A stretch of DNA of 63,998 bases, the filler included, from Streblomastix strix (Eukaryota): the NCBI GenBank assembly GCA_008636045.1. It is 4 parts of 4 records of this genome, joined end to end, with 100 filler letters (N's around TTAATTAATTAA, not from the genome) between each part and the next. Parts side by side here need not be neighbours in the genome. Positions count along the whole stretch, not along the records: positions 32,437 to 48,545 come from SNRW01000873.1; positions 48,646 to 63,998 come from SNRW01000998.1; 2 more parts are not named here. One strand, 5' to 3'. Positions 41,722-52,900 of the stretch are shown piece after piece. Each line of letters begins with the position of its first letter. The stretch's first letter is position 1. Both the position numbers and the translations under genes were made by a program. Under the pieces are notes generated by a model. It was not told the origin of the DNA and searched no databases. It saw nothing but the letters and a program-made list of their open reading frames with translations.

Positions 41722-43203
41722 ATGACGTAACTTGGTTTATAAATTATTTGTTCTGACTCAGATACTGAATTCGTATAATGGAAAACTTCTATTCCAAGTG
41801 ACTCAAACTCGTTTCAAGTGAATTCTCTTAATAATATGCCGATTAATCTTACTTATTACCTGAATCAAGATTATCTTGAGATACATCATAACATGAAATC
41901 AACAGCAAATAAGAAATTATATGAATAAGTATCGAATCCAAATGGAACTTACAAATTAATTGAATTAACAGAAATTCCAGTAATAAAAATAAATTTTAAC
42001 ACTACAATCAATAATAGATTCACTAACGAATAGAATTATCAAGGATATTAATATGCTCCATTAATAATGGCTATTACAACCGCGTAATAAGATGAATTCG
42101 TTGATACATAAGAATAATACTTCAGAACTTCAAATACAAGTAATCGTGGTGCAATCTGTTTTAATAATGCTGTTAATGAACACACTTAGAAATTAGCTGA
42201 TGGAAAATTCTCATTGAATATTAATAATGGATAAGATATTGTATCATCCGCAATTAACTATATTAATCTGAGATTAGATTCATTTCTATATAAGTATTTT
42301 ATTTAATCCAATGGTTGTTTCTATAGATTAATTGGTATAATTCGTTTGTATTGCCCAACAGTCAATAATTTTATAACAACTATTGAACCATTCTTGACAA
42401 CAACATCAGTACATTCTGTAAAAATAAGATATTTGCATGGGAAGTAATACAATATCAATGACGATTAAACAATATAAGAAGTAATAGCTTTACCAATGAA
42501 TATTTAGGAAACTTCTATGTAATCAATCATAAACAGTATCAATACATTCCTAATAAGAATAATTTCATCATTCCTTGGTTAGAATTCTAATGACTGGGAT
42601 ATAATTTACACTGCTATTAACAGACTTTAATACTATAGTTAGTATATTCCTGATGTTTTAACTTAATTTTCATCTTTGAATTATACCAGTAACGCATAAT
42701 TGTTATGGTAACCTAAAAGAATAGTAGTATCTCCTAATTTATTCGTGTAATTAACAGGTGCATTAGATTTATATGACGGATTATCTGAGAATGGTGCAAA
42801 TTCTCTTGTTAATAATTCATCATCAGTGAAATTCATTGATTTGGAAACTTGGTACTATAAATCTTAATTTAATAATTAGAGTTTACTTTCTGATACTCCA
42901 ATTTAATGTCCCTTCATAGGAAATTTCCAGTAATATCCTCAGATGCTTATAATAAAAGTTTCAAATTAATCGTAAGGAATTACACTGTAAGGAATTGGTG
43001 GTTAAGGATTCTCTAATGTGTGTTATAAGTAAAATCTTATTGGTGCACCTGTATTAAGGGGTTAGAATATGTTATCTTAGTAATGCAATATAGGATAAAA
43101 TAAATCAGTTATATTTACATTGTATGATAATTATGGAAGAAAAATACCAAATTAATTTATGGATATGTATAATAATTTTTTGTTGGAAATACAGACTGCG
43201 TGA
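41722..43203 (+). CDS. Putative minor capsid (penton-like) protein, 493 aa
   Basis: Intact beta-rich ORF ending VIFTLYDNYGRKIPNQ...FLLEIQTA*, resembling the C-terminal motif of polinton/virophage pentons. Confidence 0.6.
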
Positions 43204-43239
43204 AACTCGTCGGCAACGAAGCGACACCAAACGTAATGA

Positions 43240-43974
43240 TAATCAAATTAGATCACAATCTTTGAATTGTATTTCTTATACTTATTCCTATTACTCAAAA
43301 TCGCTTGCGATTTAGCGACGAGCTGGCGCAGTCGCTTATTCCTATTCCTAAACTGGAATAGGTAGCGGTTGTTCTTCTTAATATTTCTTTGACTTATAAG
43401 ATTTGATTTTTGCTTTATATTTTTCGATTTACTTTACTGAATCTTGATGTTATTACTTAATGAAAGAGTTTTCAGTACGCAATCGTATTAATTCTTCTAA
43501 ATCCACTTATGGTGAGGTATAATTTAGTTACGGTTTCTTAATAATTTTCTTAGGTGTTTGTTTTTGTGTTTGCCTTGGTTAGGAGCCGGCAGGCAATATT
43601 GCTTCGCAACCTGAAGGCTCACGCCTGAATTTCATTGCTTATTCAACGATAGTTTAATCATCATCCTCGTCATAGTCATTCGTTAGTTACTCTTCTTATA
43701 TGAATTTACGATCATTTAATGATGTTTCATCTTCTTCATCTTCAATTCTCTCAATCTAACGTTTTGTTGCATGTTTTGATTGTTTTGTTTAACCTCCACC
43801 TCGTGCTTCTAATAACAATTTAGTTTACTAAGCTTATGTTAAAGTTCTCGCTGATTTCTTTCCTTCTTCATATACTTTGATCTTATCTTTAACTTACATA
43901 ATATATCCGTTACTGAAATATTCTATTGAAGTACCATTTTCCATAAGATTCTTGAGTGCTTATGCTTGATTCAT
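43240..43974 (-). CDS. Hypothetical charged protein; 3' end uncertain
   Basis: MNQAQALKNLMENGTSIEYFSNGY... with acidic and basic tracts. Confidence 0.55.
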
Positions 43975-44047
43975 CTTGATGTCTGATTTGATTTATATTT
44001 AAACTCGCAACTTTAAGTTGCAAGCAAACCAAAAGGTTTGCAAAATT

Positions 44048-44851
44048 ATGACAACAATCTAAACGAATCAGATTAGAGTTCATAAAAGCAAGCATGCGAG
44101 TGTTGTTAAGAAAGAACTTTCAGAAGAGGATAAGACGAGATTATAGGCTATTGATGACGCGACTACAAATGGTTTTAGGAAGGCGGTGTAAATTCCGTAG
44201 CTTTAAATTCCACAGAACTAGCTCTAACCTATATTTTCACATAAACTGAGCAACGTGGAGCATTGTTAACGAATTCCTTCGGAATTCGTTTCCGGTTCAT
44301 CAATCCAGACTCCTCAATAAAATAATGAATTCAATACAGATGAATAGGAGGAATTCTAAAGAGGAATATAAACCGATCGTCCACGACGTAGGGAGTATAA
44401 CATTCACAAATATAAAGAAGTTCCGCGTGAAACTGCATAAGTTGAACCAGAATAAGTTGTTAAGGATACATACTTATCTCATCCTAACTTAGAAGTATAG
44501 AAATTCATCATTGATACGATTTGGAGATGTGTTGATTCCCGTAAGAAAGGGGAAGATTTCATATTTAACTCTGATAACTATATTAAACTCTGGGTATTAA
44601 TAACCTAAGAAGAAGAGAAAGATATTGAGGTTGATATGGAAGAACCACTGATGAGATATAATAGTTGTACTTCAAAAAAATATAAGAAGAAAGAGATTGT
44701 AAGAGTTGATGATGTACTAATCAAGAATGTCTCAATTTCTAACATTGACAACGTTTTATGGAATAGTATTGAGAAACTGTATCGAGTAAATAAGGATTTC
44801 GTTAGATTATCTGATAAACTAGAATCCGACATTGGACCAGAAGATTTTTGA
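44048..44851 (+). CDS. Hypothetical protein, 267 aa
   Basis: ATG 44048 is in frame with track ORF 44636-44851, which ends in TGA. Confidence 0.65.
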
Positions 44852-44928
44852 TCAATATACCGCTATGAAATCAGTTTACTGAGTTTCACTCGGCAAGCAA
44901 CTTTGTTGTTTATTTTTGTTGAAAACCA

Positions 44929-45700
44929 ATGGAGTAAGCACAATAAATAACAAGTGATTTGGAAGATCCAACAGAAGAAGAACTAAAATAAATGATATAA
45001 GAATATGAGAAGATGAAGAAATAATAATAAGAAATAGAATCACTATAGAAGTTGTAAAAATAAATTACTTAATAAATAGAAAATGAAATAATAAAATATT
45101 TTACTTATTTTAGTTAATTTTTTAAGAAAACATCATTATCTGATTTAGTAAAATTAAAGACAGCATAAGTTATTACAGGAATCAATTCATTTACATAGCC
45201 TATCACAGCAAATTGAATCATTAAATTAGGTGGAACAAGTAATTAAATATTATTAGCTAATGGAGATACTATTAATAAGGATTAATTAGATTATGAACCC
45301 ATTGAAAATGCACGTTATTCATCAATTGCTTATGGAATGTATGAGTAACGAATATGAGGTACATTATCAACATAAAATAGTAGAGTATATATTTCTCTGT
45401 AAATAACTCACCATAATCCCGATACATTATGGTAATCAGGATATACTTTTTTCTCAATCGATGATAATGCTATAAAACCAAAATTCGGTGGAACACCAAC
45501 TAACATACCATTAAATGCTGTATTGTTTGCGTAAAAGGTATATGGTTATCCAATAGATTGGAATGGTGCAATTGTTATGGATTGCTATATTAATCTTAAT
45601 GAAAATGTTATAATAAATACAATGTGTTAGATTAATTTACCTGAAGATTTTTGTGTTTAAGTATGCGATTCATATGCTATTCATAACTAATCGGCAGATT
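44929..45700 (+). pseudogene. Fibre-like protein, disrupted
   Basis: N-terminal coiled coil, then AQVITGINSFTQPITAN*IIKLGGTSNQILLANGDT, similar to the motif in the 47317 gene; stops and frameshifts. Confidence 0.55.
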
Positions 45701-46140
45701 GATAAATAAAAATAAATTGATTAAATTGCGTTTCAATTACAATTATCATATGTTTTAAGATTCAATAACTTTAAATACAGAATGTATCTCTACATCTTTG
45801 CAAGTTCTTCGTCTTATTTTTCTATTGCTTCTTTGATGAAATCTTCTATTTATTCATTTGAATACTTGGACCAATGGAAACATCTAGCTTATTTATTTGG
45901 TTTATCCTAGTTTTCCATCTTATTTTTGTTTCTCCTCCGATAAAAGAATTAAAATATATATATAATTATATTCAATGGTACTAGAATCACATCAAAATAA
46001 CTGCATAACTACTTGATTGATGAGATTATTTATGTAAGTTATTCAGGAATTGATAATGAAATTATAGAAACTATGAAATTAACACCATAAAATATAGAAT
46101 TGATAATTATTATTAAAATATTCATTTGCATATTTGGTAA

Positions 46141-47211
46141 ATGACGTTATCCGAGATATAATCTGTAACATTTACTGATAATTCTATGTTAGATGAATAT
46201 AAAACTAAACCATCAACAAGGAATTCGTTATTATTAATCAATGGGAATCATTATATAGTTGGTGCAGTTGGTTCAGGAAAACCAACATTATTAAGCAAAC
46301 TGATAGTTATTTATAAATAAAGAATCAATCCACTCATTTTATACTTCTCCAACTTTGGTGCTGATGAGACTATGGCATTGAATTTAAACTCGAAGAATAT
46401 TGTATTATCTAATATAACTTATGAAGAAGCAATGTTTTTCTTACCAAATTTTGATGAAATCAAGTATATGGTAAAAGAAATCTATATGTACTGGAAGTTA
46501 AGAGAAGTCAACATACCTTATAAATCAGATTTCATATAACGAATGAAGGAAAGAATATTAGTAACTAATCCAATAAAAGAGATTTCTGCATCACTTCGTT
46601 CTTCGTAAGTGCCTTCGGCATAACTGAAAGAATCTTAAAAAGACTATATAAAACGAATTGCTGATTTATTTTAATATGAATGTATCGACATAATTATCAA
46701 ATACAGTGTTCCAACAAAAATAATGAGATTTACAATTCAAGCAATGATTCATAATGTATAACTCGAAAAGAAACTAAAAATCGTACCATAAAATACTTAA
46801 GCCGACGCTGAATTAAAAGTAATCAAAATTCCAATTCTATTTCATAGTTCATTATTAAATTCATTATTAATATTTGAAGACATCGGAAGTAATGCTGATA
46901 TTTAAAGATTCTCCTCAGGATTAGCTAAGACAATAACTCATTTAGTTTCTGACAGTCGACATAGCAAAAATACTGTTTTCTTTGTTGCATAACGTCCAAG
47001 TTACTTGTTCAAAACTGCAAGAATATTATCACATGTTATGTGTTTAGGAGTTAATCTATCAGAAAGTGATTTGAAACAAACGTATGAAGAAAGTTCTATT
47101 TAGAATCTTGATTTTGATGAGTTTATGTTATTGTATGGAACTCTTAATAAATATGAATTTATAATACTTAAGAAATGGTAGTGTAAATATGAAATACTAA
47201 AGAATCAGTGA
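46141..47211 (+). CDS. A32/FtsK-like genome-packaging ATPase, 356 aa
   Basis: Walker A GAVGSGKPT (46261), Walker B LLIFED (~46864), DSRHSKNTVFFVAQ and KTAR motifs. Confidence 0.85.
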
Positions 47212-47316
47212 TGTATAAATTTCGTGAGTACTTCCGTAGGAAGCGCTGACGAAGTCAGTACTCACAAAGTAAGCAAGCAACGAAGTTGATTAAATTTATT
47301 TCTGTATAACTTCCAA

Positions 47317-48545
47317 ATGACTTTGGCTAAAACCTTGAGTTAACAACAGATATAAGTAAATACGATCTTTAATATAATCAGATTTCCAATATTTGATATA
47401 ATATTCAAGGAAATCATCAAGTACATGTAGTTAATTATCGGGAAGTGAATATTAATTAACAATTGATGACTAAAACAGTTTAATATATGTACCAATAGAT
47501 AATGCTTAAAATTACGCAATGAAACTTGAAACTAATGGAGTAATGACATTGAAAAATATAAATTTATTAAATAATGATTTCTTAGCCAAAATTGCAACAT
47601 TGGAATAAGAAGTTAGTGTATTATAATAAACATTGGGAACTGCAACTTAAGATATTGGAGGATTATAATAATAAATTGATGTAATTAATGAAGAACTTAA
47701 TCGATAAACAGATTTTAGAGGATACTATTTATTAAACACAGATATATAATAATTAGAAAACTCTGCCAATGGCGATTTTGCATTCTCTGCTGAAAGTGGA
47801 ACAGTATGGATGTATGATGCGGCTTAGTATAACAGTGGAGATATAGTTCCTGATTAAGTAACTCCTGCAAGTGATGCTAATCCATTAGTTGATAGTGGAA
47901 CTGGAGTTGCAGGAACTTCAACTGAGTATTCACGAGGAGATCATTAATATCCACTATAAGTATCTACTGTATTACCAGCAAAAGATACATCAGTTGGTAC
48001 TGTTGGATAAGCAAGTACTTATGCTAGATCTGATCATTAACATCCAATTCAGACTGTAAGTACTATTCCTAATAGTGATTCTGCAGATGGATCTTATGGT
48101 ACAGTTGAATCAAACGCTAGAAATGATCATTCACATCCAATTAATGTCTAAACAAATGCTTCAATTGTACCTATAGTTAATGGAGTTGGTAACAATGGTA
48201 CTTCAGCATATTATTCAAGACATGATCATGTTCATCCATAGCAATTAACTTATGATGGAAACGTTACTGCAACTAAATTCATTAAAGCAGGAGGATCTGC
48301 TAATGAAATATTATTAGCAGATGGGACAACTAAAAATGTAGTTTTAGCTAAAAATAATTATTATGTATCAACTACAGAAAAATATATTAAATTATGTTAA
48401 TTTGTCCTTTATAATTAATCAAATAATGTTTCGGTTGAATTTTACATTAATTGTAGGTATGCTTTTGGATTATTACAATTCAATTAAAATTATATCACTG
48501 ATGGTATTGGTCAATATGATTATCATTTCGAATCTAATCAATTTT
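47317..48545 (+). CDS. Phage-tail-fibre-like protein with four (Y/N)(S/A)RxDHx(H/Y)P repeats; truncated by contig end, probable frameshift near 5' end
   Basis: Coiled coil, then YSRGDHQYP, YARSDHQHP, NARNDHSHP, YSRHDHVHP and KFIKAGGSANEILLADG. Confidence 0.75.
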
Positions 48546-48645
48546 NNNNNNNNNNNNNNNNNNNNNNNNNNNNNNNNNNNNNNNNNNNNTTAATTAATTA
48601 ANNNNNNNNNNNNNNNNNNNNNNNNNNNNNNNNNNNNNNNNNNNN
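48546..48645. other. Artificial contig-joining spacer
   Basis: 44 N + TTAATTAATTAA + 44 N. Confidence 0.97.
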
Positions 48646-49504
48646 AAACTTCAAAAGTTGCAGCTTGGAGTTTGAAACCAGCTTCATTTTCAGAAATATC
48701 AATCCTTTGTTCGCATTTCAATTCTTTCTAACAATTTATATGTATTAATGGATATACAACTTCGTGAAAATTGATATTAATGAAAAAATCCAAAATTTCC
48801 GAATTATATTCAAAATCTGCTGCTCTTTACAATATTTAAATTGCTATTTTCATGCCCTTATATAATTCATCATTTTCAACCTTCAAATTTTATTCTAATT
48901 CAATTTGTTAACTCTTGCATTACTTCAACTTATCAATTAGATTTGTAATTTGCGATAGAATCACTTTCTTAATCAACTAAAACGTTTGAATTCTCATCGT
49001 ACTATCTAATTTTAAGATGAAAAATGTATTAATAAGTTGAAGAATAAATTCAGAATATTAAATATTTTCTTATTTCATTTCTATATCTTTGATTTCTTGA
49101 ATCATAATTAATTCAATTGCAGCGGTCAAACCAGATCTGGTTATCATTCTAAGATATCTGGATTCGTTCCAATCTGTTGTAATATACTCTCTTTACTCAG
49201 CAATCAATCCAATTATACTCAAAACTTCTCTTTAAAATTATGTTTTTCCATCACCAATCAATTCTATTAATATTATGCAAAAATTGGTATTAATCTTCTG
49301 TTTTATAGGATTGTTAACAGCATTTAAAATATTTTAATTCAATTATTAAGCTTTTAGAATCTTTTCTTATTCATTTTATAATTTTCTGATAGATTTCAAC
49401 TCTGTGTAAATGTCCAATGAATTTTTCTCCTCAGATGAAATGTTTTTCTCATTACCCTGAGTTTCATTCTCTAATCTCGGATATTTATTCTGAAGAAAAG
49501 ACAT
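48646..49504 (-). CDS. Hypothetical helical protein, 3' truncated by contig end
   Basis: MSFLQNKYPRLENE... long open frame with TAR=Gln. Confidence 0.6.
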
Positions 49505-49976
49505 TTCTAAGCAAATAAAAAGAAAATTAATAAATTAAAAGTATATTACAATTAGAAGCGTGAATTAAAGTGAAATTCAATAAATAATGAAAAAATGTTA
49601 AAAGACGATTAAAAAAGATTGAATATAAAATATTTTTAATTGTCATATCAAAATAAAAGATCATTAATTAGAATAAAAACTAATAATAAAACAAAAAGTT
49701 GAATTATATTTATAAGCGACAAGAAATCAAACAACATTTTCAAAAAATAATTAATTAATCAAGCAATTTTCTCGCATATTAATTTATTAAAAAAATATAT
49801 TATTTTATGGTTGATTTAATGAATTGGATAAAAATATATATAAACAGTAGTTCGCCCTGTATTTTTCAATACAATTGAAAAAAAATAGTTGATCGCATAA
49901 TAAATAAATATTTTAAAAAATACAAATAAACATGTCGGCTCCCCAAGAATTAATTAACGCTGATTCACAGATATTT

Positions 49977-52900
49977 TCACTTCTTTTTATCCGCCGTCTG
50001 TTTCTTTTCGTCCTTTTATTTCGGTTTAGCAGGACAGTTCTTCGCCACATGACCAACTCCGCCGCATACGAAGCAGATCCTCTGATCCTTGTATGTGCAT
50101 TCTCTGGATGTGTGTCCAGGCCTCCCACAGCGAAAACACGCATCGCGCGCTACACTGGTTGAACTATTCATGATCCCGTTTGTATCGAGTAGTAGTTGTG
50201 AGTTCCCTTCTTAATTCTGTATTGGCGATATCTATTGATCAGATGGAATATCATTAATATTACCTGAAACATTTAACTGACTATCTCCGCTAATCTGTTT
50301 ATCATCTCCTTAATTCTGAAGACCAGATCTTTTCTATGCGCCCCTCCAGCCTTGCCCACCAACAGCTATTCTTTATTTCTCAATCATTTTTTCAGCCTAA
50401 ATTCGCTCTTCAGGTGTAGTCGCTTTGGTTAATGCATGATACGGGCAGTTCGCGAATATATGCCCCATCTGTCCACAGTGATAACACCTTTCTGTGCTGA
50501 CGGCATTTGTAGCTTTGATCCGGACGCCTTATGATGTTTATGTTGGCTTTAATTTATCGAGTTATTTCTCGCTCCTTTGCTATGGATGGGTTTGTGATAG
50601 TTGGATGCTATTGTTGTTTATATTTGGTTACTGTGGGGTGTTGAATTAGCTGGAATGCAGTTATTAACGAGGTTATGTCTGTAGAAGTGGAGATTTGTTT
50701 TATTATTATTGATGAGAATGTGTTGGCACTTATCTGATTTAATGCTGTTGGAGTTATTATTATTGCTTTTACAGTGGATGCAGTAATTACTATGATTATG
50801 CAAGGTTGTTTCTCTGAAGGGATTTATTTTCTTTTATTGGCGATTTTTTGTTTTAAATATTTTGTTAGTTGAGTGAGTTTCTAATCTGCAATTATCGATC
50901 AATAATATTTGTAACACGAGGAGAATTGGCATGAGTTTAATTAAAACGTAAGGAATTTGTTTATGTTGAATTAAAATGTGGAGAATTGGTTTGAATTTGA
51001 TTAAAACGCTGAGAAATAGAATGAATTTGGTTGAAACTGGGAGAATTTACTTGAATTTGATTAACTTAACCAATATTTGTAAAGATCGGATTGCTTGGCG
51101 GCATAACTAAAGGATATTGTTGCTAATTTTACGACTGAATGTTGATTTGTTATTAATTAAATGGCTGAAGCTGAAACAGCTATTAGTTTTATGGAAACGC
51201 ACTATTTTGAATGGGAACTAATACATAATATTATTGTTGTTATTAGTCATTTGGTTAATTATTAAACATTACTTGTTGCTAATTTTATTGTTATTCTTAT
51301 TATTATTGTTTAAGCTATTATTATTACTACTACAACTACTAATTCTTTTAAAACTGAAATGACGATGAATTAAAATCTGGATAAGATTAAGAGTTAGAAT
51401 TCATCTGTAATTATCTCGAATAAGAACTATTTAAATTAGGTTAATTTGGTTAATTTGGATAATTACGAGGATTTGTCAGTTAATCAAATTAATTTAATGG
51501 TGTCAGCTGTTATTATTATGTGTATGGAAGTTCAGATACAGACAAGTTTGAATTAGATAATGACAATGAAGACAAGAATGAATTAGAATCAACTGTTTAT
51601 GAAGATGAGGTCGGTTATTGTTATAATTGTTGCTATTGCGAAAAGGATAATAATCTTGGAAGTTATTGGGCAGGTTATTCGGAGTTATTCTGTTCTGGTA
51701 AATTTGATATAGAAACTGAATTGTTGTTTTATATTTCTTTTTATTCAGGTTATGATATATCACTATTAACCTTTATGTTATTTGATTACAAATTAATTTC
51801 TTTATTTTAATTGTCTGGTTTTTGTTTTTAATCTTTTTCTTTCTCTTTATTCTTTTCTTGTTCAATATCTGATAACTTATCATTAATTAATTTATTATCT
51901 TGAATTTAAGCATCTGTTATTTTTATTGGATCTTTTGATTATTCTTCATTCTTTTCTGATTCTTATTATTTTTCTTTATCTTGTGAAACATTTGGAGAAT
52001 GATTGATATCAGAAACTGATTTATTAACTTTTGAATGATTTTATTGTCCTTCCATGTTACTTTATGATCTTTAAATTGTTTGTTAATCCTTTTATTACTA
52101 AGATGGCTATGGTTGCATTGATTATGTAGTGTCTTAATGTTTTAAGGATGGATTTGAACCTGATGATGAAGAAGAAGAAAATTCATCTTCTGTTGAAGAT
52201 GATGATGATGATGATGACAAAGCTGACTGAATAGATATTGAAGAAGGTGTTTTAGATGAAAGTTTTGATGAAGGAGTTTTAGAAGACGAGAAAGAAGATT
52301 ATCTGTCAGATATGGATTAACTTTAATTTGAAGGTGGTGGTTTATTAGTTAAATCTTTTAAATGTTCTTAATTATTTTCATTTTCTTATTGTTTTTCTTT
52401 ATTTTAAAAATCATTAGTAGAATGATTGATGTCAGAAACTGATTTATTAGGTTTTGGAGGTTTTTATTTTTCTTCCTGATTGCTTAACGATCTTTAAATT
52501 GTTTGTTAATTTCCTTGTTATTAATCAGTTTATAGCTGCATTGATTATGAAGAAGTATCTTAATGTTTTAAAGAAGAACTTGAGTTATGAGAAGAAAAAG
52601 AAGACGAAAACGATTCCTATTTTAATGATGATTATGACAAAGCAGATTAAATTGACATTTACGAAGTAGTTTTCGTAGAAGCTTTGGAAGATGACCTTGT
52701 TGAATATCCAGACGATAACATAACAGAAGATTATTACGACTAACTCTGATTGGAAGAAGATTTCTGACTCACACTCAGATCTGAATTTGAAACCTGTGAT
52801 TTTTGATTAGATGAAACAGACGCTGATTTTACAGAGCTTTATTTCGGAGAATGAATATTTGATTTGGGCGAATGAATATTTGATTTGGGCGAATGAACTT

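Larger units (their letters stand above)
32437..48545. mobile_element. Polinton/Maverick-like virus, probably endogenous; partial and mildly decayed
   Basis: Dense intronless cluster of pPolB, rve integrase, penton-like protein, A32-like ATPase and fibre-like genes, all in the TAR=Gln code. Confidence 0.92.

Noticed and set aside
47246..47270. Hammerhead ribozyme suggested by CTGACGA
   Set aside because: No stem II followed by GAAA, and the motif is itself paired in a hairpin.
16122..48645. TTAATTAATTAA inside three N runs as a biological motif, and any synteny across them
   Set aside because: Identical 100-nt spacers separate pieces of 16121+, 16115 and 16109 bp, consistent with size-sorted contigs concatenated artificially; neighbours are unlinked.
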